This document shows positions 50,238 through 60,597 of a stretch of 64,000 nt of DNA, one piece after another (position 1 is the first letter of the stretch; every line of letters begins with the position of its first letter). The notes under the pieces are model-generated. The model worked only from the letters and a program-made list of their open reading frames with translations. It was not told the DNA's origin and did not search any database. The DNA is taken from the IMG/VR virus record IMGVR_UViG_3300031088_000758; one strand, 5' to 3'. This DNA comes from a virus. Taxonomy: Duplodnaviria > Caudoviricetes. The translations under genes were made by a program, and so were the position numbers.

Positions 50238-51167
50238 TCATTCTGAAATTACAAAATAATGTGCTTTATGTGCGCCATTGTTACGTAAATCTTTTAAGCG
50301 ATGATATCCGTCTACAATGTGATATGTATGTCTATTTTTATCATAGAAAGCAACACCAGCTATTTCTTTTGATGAGTTAAAACTTTGCATAGGTCTTTGT
50401 TCAACGCGGTTATAGTAATGAGTTGCTCCTATCTGAATTTGATGAGTATTCAAAATTTCCGCTCGAACATGATTCGATCTTTCTACATAGCCACTTCTCT
50501 TTTCGCCATTTTCCTCAGTTAATTGTGTTTTCAAAGCTTCCAATGGGTTTAATCCTGTCGTATCTACACCTTTGCTTCGAACATATTCTAAAACACCATC
50601 TTTATCAACAGCGTTATTTCTTGAATAATAATATTTTTCAATGTCTTTTAAAGCCATGTCACTATTGAAAAAGGTAATAGTGACATCATTAAGGTTATTT
50701 CCATAGACATAATAATTATCTAATTCTTCTGCTCCGTGTGCTTGAAGAATTTCTGCAACTTTATCTTTGCTGTTTTCATCGTAATAGACTATTTCTTCTG
50801 CCCAAGAATTAACATCAACGTAAGACACTTCAAAAGAAGTTGGATCAATAATACTATCCCCTTCCTCATCTTCTATATAATCATAATCGTACTGTAAGAA
50901 ATACGATGGTGATATAGACGAAGATAAAGAGCTTGTATAAAAACGATCTGATGATTCTATGTTGCGAATTTCATCGCGCTTTCTTTCTAAAGCCGATTTA
51001 TTCTGAATAGTTTTTGTCATTCCTAATTCTTTTGATAGTATGTTTTCAATGTGCTGTTTAGCTTCATTTCTGTCAGTGAAATGTTGCCCTCCAACAGGAC
51101 ATTGGCGTACATCAGCTTTACAGATATTTGGCTGCTTTGTTGCCTGATTAATGTGATAATTAGTCAT
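50238..51167 (-). CDS. HCCH-tag protein with C-terminal ParB/Srx-like motif
   Basis: YHIN...C.A....CP...HF tag; YHIVDGYHRL. Confidence 0.7.
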   Translation of the reverse strand: MTNYHINQATKQPNICKADVRQCPVGGQHFTDRNEAKQHIENILSKELGMTKTIQNKSALERKRDEIRNIESSDRFYTSSLSSSISPSYFLQYDYDYIEDEEGDSIIDPTSFEVSYVDVNSWAEEIVYYDENSKDKVAEILQAHGAEELDNYYVYGNNLNDVTITFFNSDMALKDIEKYYYSRNNAVDKDGVLEYVRSKGVDTTGLNPLEALKTQLTEENGEKRSGYVERSNHVRAEILNTHQIQIGATHYYNRVEQRPMQSFNSSKEIAGVAFYDKNRHTYHIVDGYHRLKDLRNNGAHKAHYFVISE

Positions 51168-51267
51168 TGTTAGCTCCATATTAAAAATACCTTCAAAATA
51201 TGATTATCTAAACACTGTATTTTTAAAATATTTGGGTATTCTTTATATTGAAATTTTTCAACTACTA

Positions 51268-52593
51268 TCATTGATTTCTTGGGTCATCCGGGTCTAAGTT
51301 GTTCCCACTATACCCATTCTTATCTGCCCATTCTTTAAAACCGGGCAATTGTTTGCTAAGAATAGCGGTCCAATCTAGCTTTTCTGCGTTCTCAACTAAA
51401 TATTTATCATCAGGCAAATCACCTTTTTGTGCTTCCTTCATGAAAAACGCTAAACTGTCAGCTGCTTGTTTAGTATCCCCAAAAGAAATTTCAGCAAAAT
51501 AACCATGCTTATTGCTGCTTGCATAAGGTAAATCCCCTGAGTCCTTATTCCAATTAGTCAAACCATTAATAATGATTGAATCAGTGTTGCGATGTTCATA
51601 TACGCTGAAACTGCGAGTATTACCGTCAGGCTGATACACAGTATAAACATTTCCTACTTCACGACCATTAACAAAAGCGTCAACTTTTACATTTTTAACA
51701 CCGTTTTCTTTTAAAGAGTTTTTTAATTCTTCATTTGGAAAAGCGAGTGCTAAATATGCTTTTTGATCATAAGGATTACCACTTTCATCTTTAGATAACA
51801 TGGCAAACACTCTTTGATCAGGATTCATATACGAAGTTTCCCATTCATGTCCCATGTTCAAATCATCATAAGCATCAGCTTTGAGGGTCAATTTATCACC
51901 TGCATTAATACGATTCAAAGCTTCATCAACATGTTTCTCGTCACCAAAACTAGTCTTTCCATAAATAGAGTTATCTTCAATATAGCTTTCATAAGCGCTT
52001 TCTAATTCACTAGGATTATAAAAAACCTCTTTCAAATCACTACGATCACGAGGTATCACTAATTCGTGTGTTTCTTGTTCCCATTTTTTACGAATTGCTA
52101 AAACTTTTGGTAACTCTGTTAAATACTCATCACGATATATAGGATCGTTGCTACTCCAACCACTCTTCTTAAAACGGTTCTTTTTAGGTCTCAGCATTTT
52201 AATTAAATCATCAGCTTTTTTGAAGTCTTCGTCACTGACATTATTCTTATCTAAAATTTTGGCAACTTTCTCAACTATAATAAAATTCTCTTTTTCATCA
52301 GCGGTCCAACTGTTTTCATCTCGAAAAATATTATCATAAATGTATTTTATAGTGCTGCTGTCACGCGCTGTGCTAGGATTTATAATTTTTGATATACGAT
52401 TATCTAATCTGTCAATATCCGCTGATTCAGCTTCCATCGTAATTTCATAACTCTTTTGAGCGTCTTCTTTAGAGTCGAAGTGTTGAACAGCAACAGTTCC
52501 ATTTTTACTGAATTTGCAACCCTTAGCAGTTTTTGCTTGACACTTATTAGCATTGCCAGTTTCGGGATTAACGTGATAACGCACTGATGACAT
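51268..52593 (-). CDS. HCCH-tag protein, cargo unknown
   Basis: YHVN...C.A.....C...HF tag; AAGGAG SD. Confidence 0.7.
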   Translation of the reverse strand: MSSVRYHVNPETGNANKCQAKTAKGCKFSKNGTVAVQHFDSKEDAQKSYEITMEAESADIDRLDNRISKIINPSTARDSSTIKYIYDNIFRDENSWTADEKENFIIVEKVAKILDKNNVSDEDFKKADDLIKMLRPKKNRFKKSGWSSNDPIYRDEYLTELPKVLAIRKKWEQETHELVIPRDRSDLKEVFYNPSELESAYESYIEDNSIYGKTSFGDEKHVDEALNRINAGDKLTLKADAYDDLNMGHEWETSYMNPDQRVFAMLSKDESGNPYDQKAYLALAFPNEELKNSLKENGVKNVKVDAFVNGREVGNVYTVYQPDGNTRSFSVYEHRNTDSIIINGLTNWNKDSGDLPYASSNKHGYFAEISFGDTKQAADSLAFFMKEAQKGDLPDDKYLVENAEKLDWTAILSKQLPGFKEWADKNGYSGNNLDPDDPRNQ

Positions 52594-52644
52594 ATTAATG
52601 CTCCTTTTTAAAAATATACTATTTTAGTATCTAAAAGAAAAACA

Positions 52645-53691
52645 TCAATTAGGGGTGTATCCTTCAATCCAGTCTTCAACATACTTTAAAGGTGTTTCAT
52701 CATTATATTCAGGAAAATTGACAGAAGGAACAATTTCTTTGTTAGGGTTTGTTAAATGTTTTGTATAATCAAAACCCTGCTGAGTGAAACTGCCACTTGA
52801 ATGAACTTTCTCAACATTGTGTTCTTTCGCCAACTCATTTAATAATTTCTTCATATACCCTTGTTGTCTGTATTCTGGACGAGTTTCCAATGTCATTAAA
52901 TGTGGGCCATCATCTTCTAAGCGATAATGTGCCACAGCAACTTTCACTTCATCAACTTTCAAAAAACTTACATAACTACCATTAAGTTTTTTCATCGGTT
53001 TGTCTAAAACAGCTGTCTCCAACAAAGGATTGTATTCGTCTGGTTTAACTTTTGGCAGTTCAGCAGCTCGTGGATCTGGAGGTGGTGGAATATAATCTTC
53101 AACCCCCATGAAAGAAATTTTGTCTAAATCTTTTTTCCAATTGTCTAAACTGTCAACATATGGGTAATCCGCATTAGGATTTACTTCACTATACGCAAAA
53201 TCAACAACGTATTCTTCCCGTGCACCAGTATCAGGATTCTTCACAGTAAAAATATTTGCTGAATGTTCTTGTATCTCGTTTCCAATTGGTGTATATGTTG
53301 TTGTCGAAAGTGGGATAAAATATTCTTCTTCATCATCTTCCATTGGCTGAGAAAAAGCACTTATATAATCTGCTATTGCTTTGCTGTTTCCTTGTGAATG
53401 TTCTTGGTATGAGGATAAATCAAAATATTCCCATTCTTTTCCATTAATAACGATTTTTCTACCGGATTCATTAATAGCAACAACTGTGTCCATATTATCA
53501 TTTTCTATAACTTTCAACCATTTAGTTTCAGCTACGCTTTTAATTGGTTTTGTTGACATAATCTTTTCGAAATGTGCTTGTGCTTCTTGCTTGTTGTTGA
53601 AATGTGGCATTGAATCACCGAAAGGACATGATATAGATGCCTTACACGGCTTTGCTTCACCCGTAGATGGACTTATATGGTATTTACTCAT
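52645..53691 (-). CDS. HCCH-tag protein with C-terminal GNAT acetyltransferase
   Basis: YHIS...C.A...CP...HF tag; LETRPEYRQQGYMKKLL acetyl-CoA motif A. Confidence 0.75.
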   Translation of the reverse strand: MSKYHISPSTGEAKPCKASISCPFGDSMPHFNNKQEAQAHFEKIMSTKPIKSVAETKWLKVIENDNMDTVVAINESGRKIVINGKEWEYFDLSSYQEHSQGNSKAIADYISAFSQPMEDDEEEYFIPLSTTTYTPIGNEIQEHSANIFTVKNPDTGAREEYVVDFAYSEVNPNADYPYVDSLDNWKKDLDKISFMGVEDYIPPPPDPRAAELPKVKPDEYNPLLETAVLDKPMKKLNGSYVSFLKVDEVKVAVAHYRLEDDGPHLMTLETRPEYRQQGYMKKLLNELAKEHNVEKVHSSGSFTQQGFDYTKHLTNPNKEIVPSVNFPEYNDETPLKYVEDWIEGYTPN

Positions 53692-53773
53692 TGTCTATCT
53701 GTATCCTTAAAAAAGTCTCTTAAAACACTATATATGACTTTCTAATGTTTGCGAAGATGTGTACTCCAATTTT

Positions 53774-54433
53774 TTATAAGTCATATGCTACGAGAACATT
53801 ATCTTGAGTGTATCCAACTTGACCACCATCAACCATTCCCACCCAAGAAGGAAGAGATTTATAATCAAGGTTTTCTATCGGTGATACCCTTTCCATCTTA
53901 ATATAGAATAAGTCATCTTTTTCAATTGCTTCTGTTTTAGCAATAGGAATATAATCTTCAGGACTTTTTATGTACCCATCACTAGTTCTCACTTCAAGAG
54001 AAGATGCTGTGACACCTTCATCAGTAATAGGTATTTTTATTACAGAATCTTTCTCCATGAAAACTACACGAGTTCTTGCGCATACGATACTATCTGTTTT
54101 ATTCATATATTCATACACAAGTTCTAAAGTCTTATCCGCATATTCCTCACCAAAAGCCGAACTTAATTCCTCATTTACTATACGATATGCTAAAGAAAAA
54201 TCATCTTTATGCTTTTCAGGGACTTTGTATTTCCCAATTTTAACCAATTTTTTAGAATGACTTTTGTTTAATTTCTGTAATGAATCATGTTGTTCTTCGT
54301 ATATTTCACTTGCCCATTTCCTGGCTTGGTTTAATGAACCTTCAAAATGAGGTGAATCGCTACCTAATGGACATTGGATTCGAGCTGAACAAATTTTAGC
54401 ATCTCCATCATTATTTATATGGTATTTTGTCAT
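53774..54433 (-). CDS. HCCH-tag protein with minimal kinase-like domain
   Basis: YHIN...C.A...CP...HF tag; RVVF...VIKIP...E...MERV...QVG...LVAYD. Confidence 0.6.
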   Translation of the reverse strand: MTKYHINNDGDAKICSARIQCPLGSDSPHFEGSLNQARKWASEIYEEQHDSLQKLNKSHSKKLVKIGKYKVPEKHKDDFSLAYRIVNEELSSAFGEEYADKTLELVYEYMNKTDSIVCARTRVVFMEKDSVIKIPITDEGVTASSLEVRTSDGYIKSPEDYIPIAKTEAIEKDDLFYIKMERVSPIENLDYKSLPSWVGMVDGGQVGYTQDNVLVAYDL

Positions 54434-54488
54434 TTTAAAACACTCTTTGTTTGTCATCATTTATATTTTGTGCGAATACCTTGTAATT

Positions 54489-55325
54489 TCAGTATCCTCT
54501 TGTTTCATAAATTTCTTTTTCAAGCTCTCTTCTCTTCTGTTCAAGCTTTTTAATTTTCTGCTCTTGTTCTTCTTTTTTCTGTTTTCTTTCAGCGTCTTCA
54601 CGAAGAAAAGCTTCAGCACCTTCATCACGAATTACAGAAGTGATTATAGAAGCGCCATTATGTTTTGAATTCCTTACATCATCTATACTTTTTCCCATTA
54701 TGTAGCTATCTTTCATTGAATTCATTGTAGTTTTATCATTGTGCAATAAAACATGGTTTCCTAAATGGCCTGTTTTTATTCTTGCTGTGTAATTTACAGG
54801 ACCCGAAGAATTAGGATACATAGAAACTGTAATAATATCCCCGGTTTGAACTTCTGAAAGTGGAACTTCTTTAAACTCACCAACAGGCTTGACAGTTTTG
54901 TCAGTATGATACAACTCTCTATCATCGTACAAAGTAGTATTTCCACTGTAATGAAATTTATCTTGTATCTCCTTTTCGGAATACCCCTGGGCTTTGTACT
55001 TGCTGTAGAGAGTGTCAAATTTGTCCATTATCTTCTGAGTATTTTTATTAGATTTTACTAATTGTTTCTCACGCCTTTTTTCTTCTCTACTTTTCTTCGC
55101 AGAAGACTTAGCAAAAGTACCATAATCTCTTTGAAGAGCATTTTGAGCAACATCACTTTGAGGGTCAGCTTCAATCATCATGCTTTCATAATCGGCCTGT
55201 AAGTCTTGTGCTTTCTCCGAATCACCAGATTGAATTGCTTCCTTAATCTCATTTTCGTAACTCTTTATAGCAGTATCTTTTGCACAAAATTTACCTGCTG
55301 CATCATGATAAGGGTTGCCTGACAT
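54489..55325 (-). CDS. Hypothetical protein with N-terminal NPYHDAAGKF motif
   Basis: ATG 55325 follows an AGGAG SD. Confidence 0.65.
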   Translation of the reverse strand: MSGNPYHDAAGKFCAKDTAIKSYENEIKEAIQSGDSEKAQDLQADYESMMIEADPQSDVAQNALQRDYGTFAKSSAKKSREEKRREKQLVKSNKNTQKIMDKFDTLYSKYKAQGYSEKEIQDKFHYSGNTTLYDDRELYHTDKTVKPVGEFKEVPLSEVQTGDIITVSMYPNSSGPVNYTARIKTGHLGNHVLLHNDKTTMNSMKDSYIMGKSIDDVRNSKHNGASIITSVIRDEGAEAFLREDAERKQKKEEQEQKIKKLEQKRRELEKEIYETRGY

Positions 55326-55510
55326 AATAAATCTCCTAAATAGAACTTCATTTTCTTGTTTTTCTAACAAAAACTTAAACAATAGAACCTACTGCCCTAA
55401 ACAACATTATTTTGTCCTTGTTTACCGATTCGAGAACAATATTTGAAAATCTACTTTTAATAAATTTGATAAACTATTCCACAGAAAAAACGAAAGGGCC
55501 TGCTAAAACA

Positions 55511-56736
55511 ATGAAAGAATATAATGATGAACTGTGGCAAAAACTTGAAAAAGAATATTCATCAAAAAACGATAATCCCTTTTCAAAAATAACTCCCGGA
55601 TCTCATAAAATTTATCAATGGATATGCGAAAACCATGAAGAAACATATAGCAGCAGTGCAGCTGCAAGGTTCAGAGGACAAAACTGTCATTACTGCTCAA
55701 ACAACAAGATTTTAGTAGGATACAATGATCTAGCCACTAAACATCCAGAATTTTTACAAGAATGGGATTATGAGAAGAATGATATAACCCCGCAACAAGT
55801 TCAACCTAAAAGCAGCAAAAAAGCATGGTGGATTTGTCAAAAAGGACACTCTTATCATCAACATATATATAAACATACAGATGGAAGAAAATGTCCGTAT
55901 TGCGCTGGAAGAAAAGTGCTAGAAGGCTTTAATAACATAGAAAACGAAAACTTAATCAAAGAATGGGACAAAAAACTAAACAGTAAAACAATCAGTGAAT
56001 ACACAAATGGTTCAAACCATATTGCCTACTGGATTTGTCCGTTGAACCACTCTTACAAAGCATCTATATATAATAGAACTCAAAGAAACTATGGATGTCC
56101 TTATTGCAGTGGAAGAAAAGTTCTTCAAGGTTTCAATGATCTTAAAAGCCAAGCTCCTGAAATCCTTAAAGAATGGGATTATGAAAAAACGATCATCTAG
56201 AACCTACAAAAATAACATACAAAAGCACTAAAAAAGCTTGGTTCAAATGTTTAAGTTGCCATCATGAGTGGAGAACACCTATCTATAACCGAAGCGTTTT
56301 AAAAACAGGATGCTCTCAATGTGCTTATAATGTAACTGTGTCAAAAGGAGAATTAGAGCTTAGAGAATTTGTTCGAAAAATAGTTAATGTAGAAATTGAG
56401 TTTAACAATCGAACTATTCTACATCCGATGGAAATAGATATCCACATACCAAGTTTAAGGATAGGAATAGAGTACAATGGCGATTATTGGCATAGCGAAG
56501 AAAAAATACAACAATTGAAGAATATGTCAGCTGTTGGCTATCATTGTAGGAAAATAATTATGGCGAAACAAAAAGATGTTCTTCTCCTTATGGTATGGGA
56601 AGATGATTGGAAGAATAACACCGGGAAAGTTCAAGAATATTTAAAGAAAGTTTTTCATTCATCAAATGAGGTTCTTTCTGTACATGAAATCGAAGTTCCA
56701 TCTATTCTGGCAAAAACTGAAAGTGATATTATTTAA
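55511..56736 (+). pseudogene. Zinc-ribbon repeat endonuclease split by a 1-nt frameshift near 56185 (ORFs 55412..56200 + 56338..56736)
   Basis: Adding one A to the A6 run restores EWDYEKNDHLEPTKITYKSTKKAWFKC..., continuous into SKGELE...EIDIHIP...IEYNGDYWH...WEDDW; paralogue of 21470..23401. Confidence 0.75.
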
Positions 56737-56770
56737 GAATATGAATGTAATTAAGTAGTTAGGGAACTTT

Positions 56771-56926
56771 ATGAAAATTAAGGAAATCAGAGAGATTCAG
56801 CCTGAACTGGCAAGGTGTATCGAAGTTGACTCCCCCGACCGATTATTTGCGGTTGAAGGAACCAGAAAAGATTCTGACAAGAATAACCAAAACAGCAGTG
56901 CAGCTAGTAAAATTATCACCCACAAT
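56771..56926 (+). mobile_element. Split intein C-fragment (class 3 type)
   Basis: MKIKEIREI...block F Cys; terminal THN followed by Ser. Confidence 0.85.
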
Positions 56927-57586
56927 TCAGTCATCCAGCGCAATATTCTGTTCGGCGCTATTCTTCGTCCTGATAGTTGGCGAGTGCTTTGCATAGATTT
57001 GAAGAAAGTGGAATTATCAGGATACAGGGCTTACTCTAATGTTGTATTAGGCGTCGCCACAACTATTGAAGATGCTTTAACTGTTCTAAGGTTTGCTCAA
57101 CAGACAATGATGAAAAGATATGCGGAGATGGAATCCTTGGGCGTAAATAATTTCTTAGATCTTCCAGAACAGGGCCAGGCACTAATGCTAATGGTCGATG
57201 AAGCAGGTGAATTGCTTTCTCCCTCTGGTGTAAAAGCGCTGGTAAGTTCAACAATTCTTCCAACTCCTGATGGTAAAATAAAACTAGAAAATTTAAACAT
57301 TGGCGACACAATTTATGACAATTACGGACAAGAAACCGTTATCACTAATAAATACACACCAGTTGAACAATCACGTTATGAAATAAAAATAACTAGTGAT
57401 AAAACAAAAATTAGCGAAAATTTTGTTGCTGGTTCAGAACATAACTGGGTTGCTTATTTCACGTATCCTGATGGTGAAGTTGAAGGTCCAGAAATTGTTG
57501 ATACACAATACTTATATGAATTTAAAAAACACCAAGAAACATTCCCCATTGAAGAACGCACAACTGTTAAATTTAAAAAAGGCTGA
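56771..57586 (+). CDS. Split-intein gene fragment: IntC - internal FtsK/SpoIIIE ATPase segment - IntN
   Basis: aa 1-52 IntC (RCIEVD...ITHN); aa 53-155 SV...IDLKKVEL...MMKRY...GVNN...LMVDEAGELL; aa 156-271 IntN (ALVSSTILPTPDG...IGD...GSEHNW). Confidence 0.88.
   Translation: MKIKEIREIQPELARCIEVDSPDRLFAVEGTRKDSDKNNQNSSAASKIITHNSVIQRNILFGAILRPDSWRVLCIDLKKVELSGYRAYSNVVLGVATTIEDALTVLRFAQQTMMKRYAEMESLGVNNFLDLPEQGQALMLMVDEAGELLSPSGVKALVSSTILPTPDGKIKLENLNIGDTIYDNYGQETVITNKYTPVEQSRYEIKITSDKTKISENFVAGSEHNWVAYFTYPDGEVEGPEIVDTQYLYEFKKHQETFPIEERTTVKFKKG
57236..57583 (+). mobile_element. Split intein N-fragment (Ala1, block-B HxW)
   Basis: K|ALVSSTILPTPDGKIKLENLNIGD; AGSEHNW; stop reached with no C-terminal HN. 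Confidence 0.82.
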
Positions 57587-57726
57587 TCTTTATTTGTTAA
57601 TATTGTCCATGTTCAAACTTTAAAAATTGTCAAAATACTATACGGAATAGTTTAAAATCAGTTGCTATATTTAGGTTATTTAATCTGTTTTTCTTGGTAA
57701 GATACATATAAGAAAGACAATATTGA

Positions 57727-59556
57727 GTGGAGCTTTTGCAAATGGCGGATAAAATATGTGAATGGTGCAATGAGAAATATAATGGTGCCAAGAATAGTCG
57801 CTGGTGCAAGAAGCCTCATTACAAAACTTGCGATAATCTTGAATGCAACAATACTTTCATCATCAAAGAAATGAAACGCCCAGCTAAAACTTGTTCAAAA
57901 CCTTGCGCTGATGCTCTTACAAAAATTAATTCAACAAAAGAAAAAGTTTGTCAATGGCATAATTGCGGAAAGACTTTCACAAGTTCTAAACATGATGCTA
58001 TGTATTGTTCGAACTCTCATTACGATACATGTGTTGTGTGCAAAAATGAGTTTGAAATACACACGGTTCATAAGCCTGCTAAAACTTGTTCAAAAAAATG
58101 CGCTTGGAATTTAGTGGAAGATGTTGAAAGTGTTGTTGAAAAGAGGAAAAAGAGCAATCAATTAAAATATGGTGTTGATAATCCTTCTCAGGCTCAAAAA
58201 ATTAAAGATAAAAAAACTAAATCAGCGCAAAAAAGATATGGTGTTGATAATGTTTCACAAGCTGAAGAAGTAAAAGAAAAAAGGGTGGGAACGTTTATTG
58301 AACGTTATGGTGCTGATAACCCTATGAGAAACAAAGATATTCAAGAAACTCTTAGACAATCCATTAATGACAAATATGGAGTAGATAATGTTTTTGCTAA
58401 TGAAGAAATTAAGTTAAAAGTTAAACAAACTATTCTTGAAAAATACGGTGTGGAGAATATTTCCCAGCTTCCTTCTAATCAAGACAAAGTTAGAGCAACA
58501 ACACTTATTCGATTTGGAGTGGAAAGTGTTCTACAGTTACCAGAAAATCAATTAAAAGCGAGTTTAGCGAATGGCAAAAGAATCTCTAAAATAAATAAGA
58601 AATGGAAAGAGATCTTAACAAAAGAGGCCAATAAAGAATTTAAGATGGAAACGCATTTCGGTGATAACTACTACGCTGATTTAGGTTATGATAACGTCCT
58701 TATTGATATCAACCCAACAATAACGCATAATTCAACCAATTCTTTTGTCCATTTCACTAGTATTTGTAAAGTTGATGGTTGTGAAAAGAAGTCTCACGCT
58801 CCAAGAGATACAGAATACCATCAGAAACGCGCTCTGATGGCTGAAGAGAACGGATATGTTCTTCTCCAATATTTTGACTGGTATGATCCTGAGATTTTCA
58901 TAAGTATTGTCAAATCAAAACTTAAACAAGAAGATAAAAAGGTATATGCGCGGAAAACTGTTCTCAAAGAAATTAGCCAAGCTGATGCTAATCGTTTCTT
59001 CCGGGAGAATCATCTTATGGGAGCCAGCAATGGGCAAACTTTGTGTTTAGGCTTATTCTATAATGATGAGTTAATCCATGTTCAAACTTATGGTAAAGCA
59101 CGTTTGAACAAGAACTATGAATGGGAAGCTATTCGTTCAGCATCTAGAATTAATCATCATATTCCAGGCGCTTTTAGTAAATGTGATAAATATTTTTTCA
59201 ATAAAATGAAACCTAAGAGTGTTATTAGTTATGTTGATTTAAGTATTAGTCAGGGGCATACTGATTCTATGTTTGATGGCTGGGTTCTGAAATCATTGAA
59301 CAAACCTTCCGCTACTTGGGTGAGAGTAATTGAAGATGAAGCAGCAAAGATAGAGAACCGGAAACCTTTGCCAAGATTTGTTAAAGATTCTGCTGCAAGG
59401 CGTGTTAGTGCAGACAGGTTGCTTGGATTTGAAGTTGGAGAAAAATATCCACGTTTTGATGAAAACGGTTTAAAGATAACTAATGATTACGTTTTTATGT
59501 CAGAAGGTTATATGAAAGTGTTTGATGCTGGTACAAGAACTTATGTATGGCAATGA
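57727..59556 (+). CDS. Probable homing-endonuclease-like protein: Cys-rich zinc fingers, KYGVDN repeats, nuclease-like domain and VYARK domain
   Basis: CxxC/CSxxC motifs; six (K/R)(Y/F)G(V/A)(D/E) repeats; ADLG...IDINPT..H; KVYARKT. Confidence 0.65.
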   Translation: MELLQMADKICEWCNEKYNGAKNSRWCKKPHYKTCDNLECNNTFIIKEMKRPAKTCSKPCADALTKINSTKEKVCQWHNCGKTFTSSKHDAMYCSNSHYDTCVVCKNEFEIHTVHKPAKTCSKKCAWNLVEDVESVVEKRKKSNQLKYGVDNPSQAQKIKDKKTKSAQKRYGVDNVSQAEEVKEKRVGTFIERYGADNPMRNKDIQETLRQSINDKYGVDNVFANEEIKLKVKQTILEKYGVENISQLPSNQDKVRATTLIRFGVESVLQLPENQLKASLANGKRISKINKKWKEILTKEANKEFKMETHFGDNYYADLGYDNVLIDINPTITHNSTNSFVHFTSICKVDGCEKKSHAPRDTEYHQKRALMAEENGYVLLQYFDWYDPEIFISIVKSKLKQEDKKVYARKTVLKEISQADANRFFRENHLMGASNGQTLCLGLFYNDELIHVQTYGKARLNKNYEWEAIRSASRINHHIPGAFSKCDKYFFNKMKPKSVISYVDLSISQGHTDSMFDGWVLKSLNKPSATWVRVIEDEAAKIENRKPLPRFVKDSAARRVSADRLLGFEVGEKYPRFDENGLKITNDYVFMSEGYMKVFDAGTRTYVWQ

Positions 59557-59689
59557 ATAAAAATATATGACGTTTTAAAATTTTGGTTTCTAAAACTTCA
59601 AAATTATTTATTATTCTAAGATAGAAAACTCTTTGTTAATATTGTTTATTCATAGTAAACGATTAAAATGTCTATTAGGTAGGTTCAAT

Positions 59690-60541
59690 ATGTTTTATCA
59701 TGTAAGTAATGATGGTGTCCCAAGAGTTTGTCATGCAACATCACCTTCTAAGTGCCCTATATCTAAAAGCGGGGATTTAAAAGAACACTTTATGGATACT
59801 GTAGAAGCAGCAAAAGCCTATGAAAACCATATGGAATCAAAAAATTCGAAAAACATTCTACAAAAGACCAAATCTTCCAAAAATGATTCAACTGGTTCTT
59901 TTTCCTATGTTGATTCTGATACAGTTAATCTTTTTAAAAACAAAATTCAAGAACTTTACCCATTGTTTAAAAATTATTCTCATGATTACACTAACTATAA
60001 TCCTGATGAACGACCTGGTGAACGTGAATTCATAGAAAACTATAACCCTAAGAAATACACGGATAAAGATGTCTCATATACCGCTGATAATATTATTTTG
60101 CGTGTAGATCCAGAAGATAATGTTTTAAAAGTTCTTATGATAAAAAGAGGTGGACATCCTTATAAGAATCATTGGGCACATCCTGGTGGTTTTATTGATG
60201 ATATAAAAGATGGTACAGGTTCTATCATGCGGTCTGAGACAAGGTTTGAAGCGGCTTCACGCGAACTTAAAGAAGAAACTGGAATGATTGTTGAACCACA
60301 TCAAATGGACGCTGTAAACGTCTATAAACACCATGGAAGAGACCCCCGTATGGATGTTCACATGAATACGCATGTCGTACTTATGGATGAAGAACGTGAG
60401 TTTGAAGCAGCTGATGATGCTACTGATGCAAAGTATATTCCTGTTTCAGATATCTATTCTGATAAAATTGATGTAGCTTTTGACCATAAACTAAGCATTA
60501 AAGATGCGTTAAACTTTGTCATCAAATCAAACAAAAATTAA
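59690..60541 (+). CDS. HCCH-tag protein with Nudix (ADP-ribose pyrophosphatase-like) domain
   Basis: YHVS...C.A.....CP...HF tag; WAHPGGF, AASRELKEETG, RDPR, AFDH. Confidence 0.85.
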   Translation: MFYHVSNDGVPRVCHATSPSKCPISKSGDLKEHFMDTVEAAKAYENHMESKNSKNILQKTKSSKNDSTGSFSYVDSDTVNLFKNKIQELYPLFKNYSHDYTNYNPDERPGEREFIENYNPKKYTDKDVSYTADNIILRVDPEDNVLKVLMIKRGGHPYKNHWAHPGGFIDDIKDGTGSIMRSETRFEAASRELKEETGMIVEPHQMDAVNVYKHHGRDPRMDVHMNTHVVLMDEEREFEAADDATDAKYIPVSDIYSDKIDVAFDHKLSIKDALNFVIKSNKN

Positions 60542-60597
60542 ACAATGTGAATATAGTAATAATATATCGAACATGACAGTAATGTATAAGATATATC

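Noticed and set aside
56198-56215. Amber readthrough joining 55412..56200 to the nuclease ORF
   Set aside because: An in-frame TAA follows after four sense codons, and the continuation is in a different frame.
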